NCBI RefSeq assembly: GCF_002105155.1
Contig: NW_019029000.1
Location: 124,001-188,000 of the forward strand
DNA length: 64,000 nucleotides
Reading direction: 5' to 3'
Source: Lobosporangium transversale
Taxonomy: Eukaryota
Shown: positions 48,155 to 63,166 of the stretch, one piece after another
Layout: every line of letters starts with the position of its first letter
How positions within the stretch are numbered: the stretch's first letter is position 1
The notes under the pieces: model-generated
What the model saw: only the letters and a program-made list of their open reading frames with translations
Databases searched by the model: none
What the model was told of the DNA's origin: nothing
Program-made: the position numbers and the translations under genes

Positions 48155-50641
48155 ATGGCACGATTTGATCTTAATAACCTACCCGAACATGAGGAGGATA
48201 TCGATTTCTCTGATATTGAGGAAAGATTCCAGCTCTCATTCGAAGAGGGCTTCAACAACGTCGTCGTTGTTGACAACATCCCACTCGTCGATGAGACAAA
48301 AGAGGAGAAGCTGATTCAGTTTTTGCGCAAGATCTTTAAGAATGTTGGCGAGATCAGAGATAATCACTTTGTCATGCCTAAGGCTGTCAATGAAAAGGGC
48401 AAGCTTATGAGCAAGGGGTAAAAAAACTGCTGTTACCACTTTGAACTCGTGAAATCGATGGCGACAAAATTTGCTTGGCGACAGTTTATACTCAAGTTTG
48501 AACGCGTTTTATTCCTATTTTCTATGCAGATTCATGTTTATTGAGTTCGAGACTGACGAACAGGCTTCTCTTGCTGTCAAATTAATCGACGGATTCAAGA
48601 TGGACAAATCCCACACTCTTGCTGTCAACCGCTTTACTGATGTTGAAAAATACACGAATGTTGAGGAAGAGTTTGTGCCTCCACCAGAAGAAGAGTTTGT
48701 TGAGAAGGTACGATGGATGATATTCTATATACTTTATTGAAGTCCAGGAAGAAGGCTTCAGGAAAGGTTTATAATTCTCTAAGCATTGAGTGGATGTCTG
48801 ACTCTAGTGCTTGTATTCTCTATTCTCATTTTGGGACAAAAATGTACTGGATTTTTATTTAATAACATTTACAGGAGCACCTCAAGTCCTGGTTGGCAGA
48901 TCCACTTGGACGTGATCAGATGGTCATTTACCGCCACAATGATGTTCAGGTTCTTTGGAACATGCAAAAGGAGCAGCCCCAGGTCGCTCACAGTAAATCG
49001 AATTGGACCGAGACCTATGTCCAATGGTCCCCACTTGGATCCTATCTCACTACTCTCCATGCCCCTGGTGTTGCTCTTTGGGGAGGCGAGTCCTGGAAGA
49101 AGATTATTCGCTTCAATCATCCTGGTGTTAAGCTTATTGATTATTCCCCTAATGAACGCTACCTTGTTACCTGGAGCAACGAGCCCATTGTTGTGCCTGA
49201 GGAAAACTATGATGGTCCATTCGGCCCTGAAGATGAGGGTAACCAGATTGTAATTTGGGATGTCAAGTCTGGCGCACTCCTCCGTTCCTTCCCCTCCATT
49301 GGACCTCAGGGTCCCAACAGCCGCCCTGCTGTCTCATGGCCTGTCTTTAAGTGGTCGCCCAGCGAGCGTTACTTTGCCCGCATCACTCCTGGGTCCCAGA
49401 TCTCTGTCTATGAAGCCCCTAGCATGGGTCTTTTGAACAAGAAGAGTATCAAGGTTGATGGCGTTGTCGATTTTGAATGGGCTCCTTCTGCTGGAGCTGA
49501 CAAGTCTGGTAAGCTTAGGGATGACATGCTCGCTTACTGGACTCCCGAAGTTGATAACCAGCCTGCTCGTGTCACACTTTTGAACATCCCCAGTCAGGAA
49601 ATTGTGCGCACCAAGAACTTGTTCAACGTCACGGACTGTAAGCTTCATTGGCAGAATCAGGGTGATTTCCTTTGTGTCAAAGTTGATCGCCATACCAAGA
49701 ATAAGAAGGTCACCTTCTCTAACTTGGAGATTTTCCGAGTTCGTGAGAAGGACATTCCAGTTGAAGTTGTTGAGGTGAAGGAATCCATCTTGGCCTTCGC
49801 CTGGGAGCCAAAGGGAGAGCGCTTCGCCATCATCACTACCAGTGATCCTAACTTTACGTCCGCTACCCCTGGATCTACCACACTGAAGACCTCGGCCAGC
49901 TTCTACTATTTGGACAAGGGTAAGGGCAAGGACACACTTCAGTCATTCAAGGTTATCAAGACTTTGACTGGCAAGTCATGCAACACTATCTTTTGGTCAC
50001 CTAAGGGCCGTAATGTTGTTTTGGCAACCCTCCGCTCGCAGACTGTGTGGGACCTCGAGTTTTATGATCTTGATTTTGAACCTCTGGAGTCTGCTGCTGC
50101 CAAGGTGCCTACTGGAGGTGAAAAGGACCCTGCTGCATACTTGCAGCTTCTGGCTTCGGGTGAGCATTATGGTGTGACAGATATTGAGTGGGATCCTTCG
50201 GGTCGTTTTGTTGCTACGAGTGCCTCGGTTTGGAGACACACGATGGAGAACGGATATCAGCTCTGGGACTTCAAGGGTCAATTGTTGTTTAAAGAGACGC
50301 TCGAGAAGTTTAAACAGCTCTTGTGGCGCCCTAGGCCCAAGACTTTGTTGTCGAAGGAGCAGATCAAGAACATTCGCAAGAATTTGCGTGAATACAGTGC
50401 ACGCTTCGATGAACAAGACATGGAGTCATCGTCTCAGGTATCAAGTGCTGAACGTCAGCGTCGCCGCCGACTGATAGAGGAGTGGGCTAACTGGCGCAAG
50501 CACGTTGAGGCAGAGCTCTCACAAGAGCAATCAGCAGCAGGTCAACAGGCATCTGCTGTCAATGCTGAAGATGAAGAAGCTGAGGAAGTGGATGAGTGGA
50601 TCGAGACAGTTATTGATGAGAAAGAGGAAATTGTTGCCTAA
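48155..50641 (+). CDS. PRT1: Translation initiation factor 3 subunit b, 3 exons
   Basis: RRM VVVDNIPLVDE..SKGFMFIEF; NWTETYVQWSPLGSYL; NLFNVTDCKLHWQNQGDFLCVKVDRHTK; QLLWRPRP. Confidence 0.98.
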
Positions 50642-51167
50642 ACAAAAGGACCAAGATTGGGCATCTGAAGAAGAAAAATGAATATCATCGAATAGTAATT
50701 AAAGTAACAAAGAAAAAAAAAAAAAAAACATAGATTCGGTGAACCAATGGTGTTTGTGTAAAGAAATGTGACCAGGCGGCGGATAAAGCATCCCGTAAAA
50801 GAGAAATATGCAAAACTTGGTTCTGAAGATAACAGTGCCTGCTGCCTTTTTTCTTTCATTCTTCTTTGCCTTTTTTTTTGGGTTGGCAGCATCTGTCGAC
50901 CCTTTTTTTCTTTAATTATCCCGATAGTTGTGGCGCCTTTTTGTCTGCACAAGCACAACTGCATTTGCTTTTTTTTTTTTTTTTTTTTTTTTTGCTCTTT
51001 CTTTTCAACTTTACTTCAATCCATTTGTTTTCTTAATTTGCAAAAAAAAAAAATATATATAAAAAAAATACGCGCGTGCGCTGTTGGATCCATTCGTTTT
51101 CTTGCACTATTCATTCAAAAGAGACCACTTTTTTTTCCTTTATCATCTCGTGATCTAAGACACAGTA

Positions 51168-51538
51168 ATGATCCGCAAAAAGAGAAACTTCAAGAACTTA
51201 GCCCTGGATGAGGCTGCTAATGAGAATGCACCTCCTGGTGGAAGCGCTCATGTACACAACTTGCCAGTAGCTCGTGGGGCACCAATGCCAGCAAATGCAT
51301 ACTCACGAAGGGAGCCTCTACCTGACTTGGAACTTGGTGTTGAGTTCAAACTAGATCTCAGGAGCGAGGACTTGCAAACACTTGAGGAACTCGGGGCTGG
51401 TAATGGAGGCACTGTCAGTCGTGTAATTCATCTACCCACAAGAGCCATCATGGCACGAAAGGTGAGGATGACACTTTTACTTTTGCGAATTTCATTTCTT
51501 TCTTTCTTTTTCATCTCTATTTCTGTTACTTTCAGTCT

Positions 51539-51575
<37 letters not shown>

Positions 51576-52474
51576 GGCCATTGAGGTGATTTATTCTTCA
51601 GGGATAAACGAACTACAATTTACTTACCATGCACCTCCACACTTTTTTTTATCTGATAACAATGAACTTGGTATAACAGGTCATTCATATTGACGCTCAA
51701 CCTGCCGTACGCAAGCAAATCTTGCGTGAACTCCAGATCATGCACGATTGCAACCATCCCAATATTGTCTCGTTTTATGGCGCATTCTTGCATGACAGTG
51801 AGATTTCTTACTGCATGGAATATATGGATGTAGGGTAAGAAGAAAGGAAAAGAAAGAGAAAGAAAGGACTATAATGATACCCAAGTTCATCCATATGTGT
51901 ATTCAGTCGGGAAGCCTCTCCAAGATAGGGGATACGGGACACAGACATAGGGAATAAGATAATAAGATGCTAGGACAAAAGATGAAAGGCATGGAAAAGG
52001 AAATGGAGCTCAGGACATATGCTCCCGTACAGGGCTAGCTGATAGCAGGACAATAAGAGGACCGATAAGGACCAACAAAATTTATAGGTGAACATATCAA
52101 GTAGAAGAGCATCAAAGGAAGAAAGAAAGAAAAAAAAAAAAAAAAAAAAAAGCTAAAAGGACGTTGTGCAGTACGCTAGAAGGCGAGACTCATCGCTCCT
52201 ATTTTTTTTTACTATCATTAGAGCATTGGATGGTATTTGTGCAAAGAATGGAGCCTTCCCCATGGATGTCATTGGGCTCATCACAGTCTCTGTACTTAAG
52301 GGACTGAGCTACCTTTACCATAACCACAAAATTGTTCATCGAGGTACATGATACTCCCTTTAACCTGCTTTTTGGTTTTATTATAATATCTCTATTTACG
52401 AATTGAACCAATGGCAATCGAAGAGAGTGGGGAGCACAGTCACTCTACTGGAACCGGAGACTTATTGATGATCT

Positions 52475-52511
<37 letters not shown>

Positions 52512-52796
52512 TTTTATTTTGTTTTAATTTCCATATACAAGATCTCAAGCCTTCCAACATCCTTATCAATTCTACGGGAATGGTCAAGATTTGTGATTTT
52601 GGTGTCTCTGGACAACTTGTCAACTCAATTGCCAATACTTTTGTCGGAACCAGCAATTACATGTCGGTGAGTACATAGAAAGGATACTAAGCTACAGGAA
52701 TTCTGCATCCAAATAATAGCAATAAGGAAGGAGGTTGACTCTATTTTGGCTCACGCTTTTTTTCCCTCTTTCTTTTTTTCTTTCTCTCTCTCTTAC

Positions 52797-52840
<44 letters not shown>

Positions 52841-53414
52841 CCTGAGCGAATTCGTGGATGGAACTATGGTGTACAATCGGATGTTTGGTCGCTCGGCATT
52901 ACCCTCATGGAGTTGGCTCTGGGACGTTTCCCCTTGGATGCTGAGTGTAAATCGTTGACAATCTTGGAACTGCTTCAGCATATTGTTAACGAGCCCCTAC
53001 CTACCCTTCCTCGCGGTCAGTTCCCAGAAGACTTTTGCAATTTTGTCGACGTTTGGTAAGTTGGAGTCGAGGCAGTAAATGTCACGGATTACGAACAAAA
53101 GGAATAATGATTTACTTTTTTGTGGAGATGAGGACATTATTTCCTTTAGAACAAATGATCAGCTGATGAACATTTATGCTATCTAGTTTGGCGAAGAACG
53201 TTGAATCAAGACCCTCACCCGATATGCTGGCTGTAAGTCTTTCATTGTTAATTTGTCTTATTTATAGCGATACATATCTTTTTATTTTTCGATCTAACGA
53301 TGTCATTTGTCACGCAATGTTGTGTAATCTTACTAGAATCATGCATATTACCGCCGTGCAGAACAGGCGCATGTGGACATGGAGAAATGGGTCAACAGTC
53401 TGGTCAAGAAGTAG
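51168..53414 (+). CDS. STE7: MAP kinase kinase, STE7/Byr1/Fuz7 type, multi-exon
   Basis: Docking motif [76 protein letters not shown]. Confidence 0.95.
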
Positions 53415-54406
53415 TCACTGCTCTTATGTCCTTCTTGAATAGAGTGTACGCACCATTTAGGTCCCACCTATTTCTCTTCTTCTTGTTTTTTGCCTTTCCT
53501 TTTTTTTATTTTTTTTTTTTTTTACCTTTCAATCATTCACCTTTCAACTCCTTTTTTTTTTATACGCCCATCTCCCTTCTCATTATCACTTTTATCTTCC
53601 TTCCTTCTATCTGTTTATATTTCTATAGCCTGCCTTATGTTAAGAAAGAAAGAAACGAAAGAAAGAAACGAAAATTAAGAAAAGGCATCGTTTGTGTCCA
53701 CAAGATTTAGAGCGTTTGCAATGCGAGTTAAAAACAAGTTGATAAAGGATATAATTCTAATGATTCATTTCAAAATAAAAAAAGAAAAAATATGATTGGC
53801 CAGACTAAAACGTCGGGAAACCCTCATAGATTTCGCAGCCACTTAAGTTTAATCGTTTCGGCCCTGGTTTCCTACGTCGTTTTACAAAACTCAAGCATTA
53901 CTTTCCCATTGGACTCGCGCCCATGTCTATTTTTACAGACATGAAAGAATAGGGAATAGACTAAAGTATACTGCTTCCCTCCTCTACACAGCTCTTGAAT
54001 CGCTTAGTTCTTGGTCCGCCTTTCATTTAAATACCTGTAATGGATGATGGTTTCTTGATGGTAGCTTTTGAACAATTCTTCGTGTATTTTTAAGTTGACG
54101 AAGAATGGCGGTGCTATAAGGCTATACCAAGGACTGTTATTAATAACCCTAACCTCACTACTGTTTGACAGATGGATTACTACTTTTTCGACAATCCTGG
54201 TTGTTCCGAGAAAGGGTACAGCAATTGTTATGATTGTGTATTCACAATTATGGCGAAAAGGCAATCTCTTCTCTTCTATTGAGCACCCAAATGGATTTGA
54301 TCTTGAGCACGAAATGGGCTTTATCATTCTTGTCTCTCCTTCAGTATTCTTTCTTGCCCATATCTCATTCTCTCTTCATCCATAGTTTAGTCACATTGAT
54401 TCTTGT

Positions 54407-54438
<32 letters not shown>

Positions 54439-54678
54439 GGTTGACTAATAAGTGCTCTCTCTCTCTTTCTTTCTTTCTTGGTCAGAAAGTTTGGAAAAGT
54501 AATTTAACTTGTTTACTTGGATTTTTTTATTAAAAAGATTAAGTCGTCTTTGACCACGAGATTCCCCCCTTTTTTTTATCAAAACCAACATCAGCAAGAG
54601 CACTTCTGTTGAATGTGTTGTCCTCTTTCTTCATCTAAAGGCTCCATGATTAACAATATAAATGTAATAAATGTATAC

Positions 54679-54713
<35 letters not shown>

Positions 54714-56750
54714 TATCCAAAACGGACAGAAATAGATTCCAGTAACACCTGCCTGTGATTATCATCTGAGATGAATCCGTTTTTCCCTTCCCTCTGCCCC
54801 CCTCTCTCGCTGTACATTTATAAATGTATTTCTTTCTTTCTTTCCGGACCTGGAGACGTCTTCTTTTGAAAAAGAGGGATTGTTCTTGGACCCCATCATT
54901 CCTCAATAGAATATTTTAAGAAAGGATGAATAAGGATCAAACAGTGGCCTGTATCTTGAATGAGCACTTAGCCTGCGACAACCTTTTTTTTTTTTTTTTT
55001 TTTTTTTTTTTGTAGCGTTGCCCTTTCGGAACGTGAAACTATGCATTCCTTTCGCTTCTATAGTCCCATAATAAAACGTCTAAGGTAAGAACCTGCTGTT
55101 GATCTGGTAACGATACCGCCTTCTGACACTTGTGTTGGGCGTGCTGTATGCCCACTACGACCACGAACCACGGTCCCTTTTAATATCGACATTGTTTTTA
55201 TGTTATCATTATCACCTTCATTGTCTGAGAGCGGCGTGGGCTCTGTCCCTAGAACCAACGTCTCATTGGCGTTATTATATTTATTAGTATCGTCGGCACC
55301 ACTGTTATTATCGCGCTCTGTTAGCTGCTAAAACATTAGCGCACTTTCCTTTCATAGACCATCCATACTCGCCAATTAAATGCAGATTAAATGCTACCTC
55401 CTCAGCAAATCGCCTGCCGCAGGAAGTTTTCTAACTTCCTTGCTTTCTTTTACGTTTTTGCTTAAAACATCAGGGTCTTTCCTCTGGCCAGAAGCCTTCC
55501 GAGTATGTTTGATTGAGTATTCTTAACGTAGTCGCAAGCAGTTGTTAAAGATACTTGAGATATCCGGAGATTTGTCATGGAGAACACCTATGCTATGACC
55601 TTCCGCAAAGCTGACAGCGGCTTCTCATCCAAAAGTCCTCCAAGGACTTATAAATGCTCTGCGACAGATCTTCTACATCCATTGGAAAATTAAGAGTTTG
55701 AGTTCATCGGGCCGTTGTTTTGCTTTTGATTCTCATAACCTTGAATGGATTTTGCCAAAGCTAGAATCTCTACGGTCCACTTCTTTGATGACTCAGGCTT
55801 GAGTCATCATGCCCTAAACTCAAACCTAGAGCATCATGACGTTGTATTGCCTTGTTATATCTGAGGGGATCAATAATTAAACTCCTCATTAGTAGGTAGC
55901 TGTATCTTACTCACGGAAATGTCCTGGAGAAAATGTGGAGGATATATGCATCAGAACAATCATTCCAGTAACTCAAGAAGATTGCGATCCGGGGAAGGAG
56001 GAATGACACATTCAAAAACAACGCGTCTTCAAAAAAAAAAAAAAAAAAAAAAACGCGACGCGAAATCATAAACCAGTTCCTGGGGGTAATTGTTTTTTTG
56101 TTGGTTGTACAAATTGTACAAGAACAAGAACGCGTAGTCAATGTCACAATGTTTTTTGTGGTCAATACAATATCATATGACCAAGTGGATATTAATGTTG
56201 TATTTGGGAAAAAGATGAAGTTTATCAAGTAAGATATTACAGACATGGATGGTGGATTGATCAGCACTGATTTAAGGATTGCGAGCAAAAAAAAAAAAAA
56301 AAAAAAAGACGATGTTAACAGGTGACTCCTTCGGCCTCCTTTCATTATCCTTGACCTTTTTACATGTTCATCCTTGATTCGTTATTTTTATTTGGAGATG
56401 TATTCATCAGCCCAGGAGCCCATCAGACATCTCTTTGGTTGCGAAATGTCCATTGTCTGTTGTTCATTATCTATTTCTCTGACGCATTGTTTTTTCACTT
56501 CCCCTTTTTATCCTTTTATCAACTGTTTATTTACGAAATCTGTTTTTACTCGCAGTTTGTTGACAGACCATGCGACAATTTTTTTGAGACTTGGTAAAAA
56601 AAGACATTGGACATGAGACACTTTGAGTGCTGTGGTGTGATGATGGCTAATTGTGCACCTGAATGTTTACACAAAGCTATTCAATGTTGTCTATCACATC
56701 ACTAATATAAAAATCATAGGATTGTATTCTATCTCTCTGACCCGGAAAAG

Positions 56751-56781
<31 letters not shown>

Positions 56782-57088
56782 AGCGTCCATCCATGCCATG
56801 CCCAAACTTATCAACGCTCCTGTTCTGTCATCAATGTCACATCCAAGTATCCGTCCCCATGCAACATGCAATACCATGCAGCTCTCTCTCTCTACACTCT
56901 TTCCTTTTTTCTTTCTTTCTTTTTTTTTTTTTTTTTATACTTTCTTTTCTTGTTCACCCCTACCCATCATCCTTCATATTCCTTCTCAATCCTTTGTTTA
57001 AATCTTCTCTTATACTGTCCTTCTTCCTCCCTCCATCCGTCCTTTTTGAAATATCCTCGGCTTCACTGTTGCTTGTTTGCTTCCAACC

Positions 57089-60000
57089 ATGGGTCAAAGT
57101 AACTCCACGCCTTCGCGGACCAGCAGGCGCTCCCGCTCCCGTTCCTTGCCCCAAAGACAGCAACACTTACAGGAGCACCATGCTTACACTCACTCGGCTA
57201 CTCCCACACAATCTACTATTCCTCGTGCTAATCGTGCTATGACTCTACCTCAGTCTCATGTCAATACCAGTTCACATGTAACTCCAACTAGAAACAATCG
57301 TAATTGTAGTAGCAATAGTCGCCATAATTGTAATAACAATAACAACAGCAACGATAATAGTAATTACAGCAATGACGGCGACCCATCCCTTTCACATCAG
57401 AACATTCAAAATCACATGCCCCAGTCATTGTCTCGATCTCATTCGTCACAACTACAACAGCAGACACACCAAGCACAACAGAACCAGAATCCTATGCAAC
57501 CTTCACAACCCACCCACCCACTTCCTGCTGGCTCTTCAGGGACTTCAGCTACAGCAATAACGCCCGCACGAGTTGTGCGCTCAACCACCCGTCGACGGCG
57601 ACTACTGGCAGCCTTCTATCCCTTGCTCTCTCGAAACAGAAACAGCAGAACCCCTAATGGCAATGACAGCAATAATGAGAATAGTAGTAGCAGTAACAGC
57701 AACAACAACAACAACAACAACAACAATAGTAGCAGCAGCAGGGGTAATAATGACAATCACAATAGAGGCAATAATAGTGCTGGCCATAGTATCAACAATG
57801 ATAGGCGTAATCCTGGCATCAATAACGTCAACAGTAGCAATGGAGGCGCTAATGGCAGTTTTACCAACATTAGAACAACTCAAGATAACAGAACTGACAC
57901 TCCTGGTGGTAGCAGCGTTGCCAACAACCGCCGACCTGCAGAGCCACGCACAGCCCAGTCCACTTCTCGCCATCGTCAGTCAGATCGTACGAGCCACACC
58001 CATTCGCCTCGACCAGCACAGACTCGTTCACAGACTCTCCAGGCCGTGTCTGGTACCCGTACACCCCGTGGTGTCTCTCGGGTGCGCCGGTACGACGAAC
58101 AGTCCATTAGGAGTTTCCGCTCCTCATCTAGTCGATCGTCCAGTCTCCTTGCACTCTCTCCCTCCTCAACAACAACAGCCGCCTCTTTGCATCCGCATGT
58201 CTTTCTGCATCACACTCATCGTCCTTCCTCGGAGCCTATGGAGGTTGACCTCGAACCAACAGCCGTTTCATACGCTCAGGCTGAGGTCGACTCTGGGCCA
58301 AGAGAAAATCACCGGTCATCTGACTTGGAAACTATGCCACACAATGGAGCCACCTCCGTCTCGGGCTCCTCCGGCGTCATGGACATGGGATATCCTTCTA
58401 GATTAGATACCAGCCTGTTCGTCGCTCGGTCAAATCCTCGAGTAGGCACATCCATTTCCTCAAGTCTGCTCCCAATACGACCTGACTCTGAAGATGAGGA
58501 CGATGATGGCTTTTTCTCCAGTGATGCTCATAGCCAACGTTGGAGGACAATGGAATATGAGCAGGCTCACAACTATGGACAGTTGAACACGTCGAGCGAC
58601 ACTGCCAGTTTACCAACACGCTATCGCCTCGACATTGCTGATCATGGGCTTGAAACAAATGAACCGACAGTTACAGCAACAAATGTGGGTTCAATTAGTC
58701 ATAGAGAGAGACGACCACGCGCATCACGTCCTAGTCGATATCCACCACCAGAAATGGTCGCGGACCTGATTCAACATCAAATTGTACAAGGAATAGCTGA
58801 AGCAGCAGCAACAACAGCAGCAGCCGGAGAAAATACGAGGACTTTATCACCTCAGAGCCCCAATGATATGCTTAATACTGATGCTACTGCAGAGTTGATT
58901 CCATCATCCTCTCCTCCTACTGCCACGATGACTAGTAACAATAACAACAGCAACAGCAATAACACCCCCGACGCAAGTCTTGAAGAAGCAGCCCCGATTA
59001 CAGAACGTAATGAGAATAACCTTCGTGCGGATATAACTTTGGGTGATGATGATTCGTTTGCTCATCGCAACTCAAGGGTCCACCGAAGACGACTTCGATC
59101 CTCAAGTCTTCGAGGATTACTTGGATTTCCACCTGCAGGCAGCTCTGGAAATAGCGAACGTGTGGTTGGTACGGGATTAGATCGAGGGTTTACACCTGTG
59201 CATCGTGAGCGAGCAGGAACTGGACGGTCTCTAGGTTCAGCAGGCTCTTCGGGATCGTTAGAGACATTGGACCAACGACGGCTTGTAGAGAGCCAGATTC
59301 CGTTCTTTGCGCGTCTCCTAGCGGAAATTGGGCGCAGTTTACGGGGACAGCAGGGCCAAGGTGATGATGGCGACCGTACTACGACAGATGGCAGTAGTGC
59401 ACTTGACGGATCTGATGGTATGGCCACAGCAGCAACATCTGCAGGAGCCACGTTTACTGTGCAGGCGACAATCAGAGAGAGGTCTACACTATCCGAGGCT
59501 ATGGGTATGTCACCTTTAACAAATGCTGAAGGCTCGGTCGGTCAGACAACAAATCCAGTTCGAGCAAGACAGGGGGCGACAGTTCGTTTCATTCAAATCG
59601 GTGGAAGTGGAGGGCTCGCTGCGTTCGGACAGAGACGACCGCGAAGCGAGTCTGTCACCTTAGGACAGGGTCAGGAACAGAGACAGGGTCAGGAACAGGA
59701 ACAAGAACAGAGACAGGGGCAGGGGGAGGAGCAGGAGCAGGAACAAGGACAGGGACATGGACATGGACAGGGGCAGAGGTCGGGATTAGGAATAGGATTT
59801 GGTCTGGGATCAAGATCAAGGTCCGGGTCATCACGTAGTGAACCATCAGAACCGTCTATGAGGGGCAGACGGGACGAGTTCACAGAGGCGATCCTTATGT
59901 TTTTGAACGACCCAGCCTCAGGAGCTGGATCAGACAATGAGTCACCGGAAAGTCCAACAACAGAAGGCAGTAATAGTAATGCGCCAAGAACGCGATCTCG

Positions 60001-60794
60001 AAGATCGCCTTGGGTTGTTTTTACACTTTCAGGAGCCTGTAAGTCCACGTCCCGCTCTCCCCTCTCCCCCCTCCCCCTTTTTTTTTTAAAAAAAAAAAAG
60101 AAAAAAAAAAAAAAAAAAAAAAAAAAGTTGAGGTTGAAGTATGTAAAAAACTGAGTTTTTTTATTTATTTTATTTTATTTTTTTTCGGCTTTTATGATAG
60201 ATCTCAGCAGCCTGCTGGCAGGCGGTATGGATGTTAACGATAGTGAAGGTCTAAGCTACGATGACTTGTGGATGCTGTCCAACTTGATAGGGCCAGCACG
60301 ACCAGTCACAACGACACAAGAGGCTATTGATGATGCAGGGTTCCATGTGGGTCAATTTGAGAATGCAGCACAAGGAATGCGAGGGTTTGAGATGCTTGGC
60401 GATGGATCCAAATGTTTAGTATGCATGAGTGATTATGAAGAAGGAGAAGAGCTGCGTGCATTACGTTGTAAACATGGCTTCCATCAAGCATGTATTGACA
60501 AGGTATGATTTATTTATGGTTTTCGTTTATTTATTTATTTTTTTGTGCTAAAGTGCTAAAACCACCCGTAGGTCTGAGCCAGATAAGACTATTGTCAGTT
60601 GGTCCAACCTTTAGTCAGTTTTGATGTCATCTATTCTAACGATTCTCTTTCCTTTCTCTTGATTATCGTAGTGGCTAACTACGGGTGCCAACAAGTGTCC
60701 TGTGTGCCGTGCAGCGGCTGTTGAGCCTTCAACCACGAACACCCCCGTAGCAACAGCAGCAACTAGTGCAGGACATGACTCAGTTTTTGAATGA
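57089..60794 (+). CDS. Large disordered protein with C-terminal RING-H2 (E3 ubiquitin ligase), 3 exons
   Basis: Starts MGQSNS; SYDDLWMLSNLIGPARP; CLVCMSDYEEGEELRALRCKHGFHQACIDK|WLTTGANKCPVCR. Confidence 0.9.
59663..59775 (+). repeat. Coding 6-bp-unit repeat encoding GQGQEQRQ/EQEQ/GHGH
   Basis: Degenerate GGACAG/GAACAG units within the RING-protein ORF. Confidence 0.7.
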
Positions 60795-61329
60795 AGACAA
60801 TAATCATTTTGTGTTTTTTTTTTTTTTTTTTTTTTTTTTTGAGGTGCCACGATGCTCTCAAATATTTTTATTAATTCAATTGGATGCCAGATGATTGCAT
60901 AGTGGCCGCATGGGCGGGGTGTTTTTTTAATATTAATTTGTAGATGACAGTTTATGTTTGTGTGCACGTAATGCTACTACACATTGACGAGAGCTTGCAG
61001 TGATTGGCGTTAATAATGACATGATGGAAAAGAAGACATTTTGTACACTGGATGTGCATTTGTTGCAATAGTGAACCTCAATTAGGAGAAAGAGGCATTG
61101 ACATATGTATTGTGTATCATTCACACGGTCCCAACTGTGTGAGGGAGTGGTTGAGTGGTACAGCTGTCCTTAATATTTTGCACACTGAAACCAGGGTAAC
61201 TTGGTTAGATACTTCTTGTTCTTCATCCATTCCATTGTTCATTTTATTCCTTCATTCTTCATTAATCGTTTTGATCATCCATTTGTCTTGTGACCCAATC
61301 TAACTTAATCCATTCTATCAAGGGTGACC

Positions 61330-62284
61330 ATGAGTCTCCCGCGCTTCCTCCGTGGGTTTCAAAGGAAATCCTCGTCTTCTACTGCCGTTACGAGCGCATC
61401 TGAAATTGATCCTCCTCGTCCAATCTCCACCGCTTCCACTTCCTCGTCTTCCTCGTATTGTGATGCCCTTGGATTTCCTATACCTGTCACTACGACCACA
61501 TTCACTCTTCTCTCTTCGCTGTCATCTTCGCCTGCATTTGCACCTCTTCCTGTAAATCCACCTGTTTTATCATCAACGGTCCAAGCTCCCACAGGGATGT
61601 CGCTCTATCCAATGCCAATGGATATTGCTTTATCCTCTGCCTCTGCCTCTTCGTCTTCTACTTCCCTTTCCCCTTCACCTGCTCCTTCTCCCTCACAGCC
61701 AATCCTGATGAACAACCATATAAACATCACCGGCTCCCCTGTAGTCACAAGTCAGCCAACGTTTGGTTCTAGGACCAGGCGGACATCTCGTTCTTCCTCA
61801 TATGTCTCTGCCGCTGAAGAAGATCCAGTGATGCTCTCTACATCCTGTCCTCTATTTACCTCTCCGATCCCTTTTAATACAAACGAACCAGTGCCTCCAG
61901 TGCCTGTACCAATTGTCAACATAACCTCTGCTGATTTCAGCAATATTAAGAACAATGATATAGCCACGACAAAAGTCGTTGGTTTTAAGATGATACCCAT
62001 TGATCCGGTCTCTGGAGCAGAGACGCAGGATATGACAGACTCTAGAGTGATTGAGAGTCGACCGGTAGAAAAAGATGGGAGCACCATCCAGACTGAGTTA
62101 ACTAAAAAGCCAAGTGAACAACCAAGTCAAGAACCTGTAGAGATAGCCGAAAATGAGGATGATACTCAACTCATGGGCCTGCAACAACAAAGACCATTAT
62201 TAGTTGTATCGGTAGTCAACGACTCGTCCAAAAATAATCGGATCCATTCCGATGCTGCTACAGTTACGACTGCCACTGCCACTG

Positions 62285-62323
<39 letters not shown>

Positions 62324-63166
62324 ATACTAATACTAATACTATGGCTACCACTATTACATCTGATCCTACTACTGCTGATTCTGTTGGTTCAGAAAGCAGC
62401 AATGAGACAGCGCCTTCAAAGGTGATTCGTCCATCCTATCGTCACATGCAGGGACATGCCACCAGAACGGTTTCCACATCTGATATGCCGTCTTCCTCCA
62501 ACACACAACCAATGAGACAACATCGACCACAGATTCCTTCTCCAACACGATCCAGATCCTTCTCCAATTCACATGTGGGGACTGGTTCCTCTTCATCTGT
62601 TGTCAAACCTGTGTCGATTCTCAAGAACAAACCAAAGTCCATTTTACGTACTCGTTCACGATCGGGGGGTAGTTATAGTAGTAGCAGTAGTAGTCCAGCA
62701 TTCGTAGAGACATCAGGTGTTGGCGGTGCTCTTGCATATTCAAATACACATTTGCATGATATGTTTATCTCTGCATTTCCAGCACCGCCTAAGCACAGCA
62801 CAAATAGTTACAACAACAGCAGCATAGCCATTCGTACGTCTATTTCTTCAGACACGTCGTCCATCTCACGATCATCACTGTATTTACTACAAGATCCTAT
62901 GGCGACACCTCCTATGAGCATACCAACGTCTCCTCCTTTATCAGTGGTAACGACCTCTACGACATCAAACACAAGTGCGAATGCAGCAACGGGGACAGCG
63001 ATGATAGGGGTAGGATTAGGCATCGATACAGAGCGACGAGAAGAGTCTGCCAAGGGCTTTTCAACAGAAGGTGTTTTAAAGACCAGCAGCAAGCCAACAA
63101 TAATAACAAGCGGTCTCCATAGACAACGGCGGGTATCTGTCAAAGAAGTGGGTGGTCCTGTTTCAG
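61330..63166 (+). CDS. First exon of a Ser/Thr/Pro-rich protein that probably continues beyond the window
   Basis: About 610 open codons from ATG 61330, ending at CAG|GTAAG (63166/63167); contains an (ACT)n poly-Thr tract. Confidence 0.65.

Noticed and set aside
54000..55900. Coding-like minus-strand fragments
   Set aside because: Many stops and no motif I can assign; may be a decayed gene.
63120..63166. VKEVGGPVS as the start of a CRIB motif (PAK-like gene)
   Set aside because: The motif is cut by an intron and the downstream exon is not visible.
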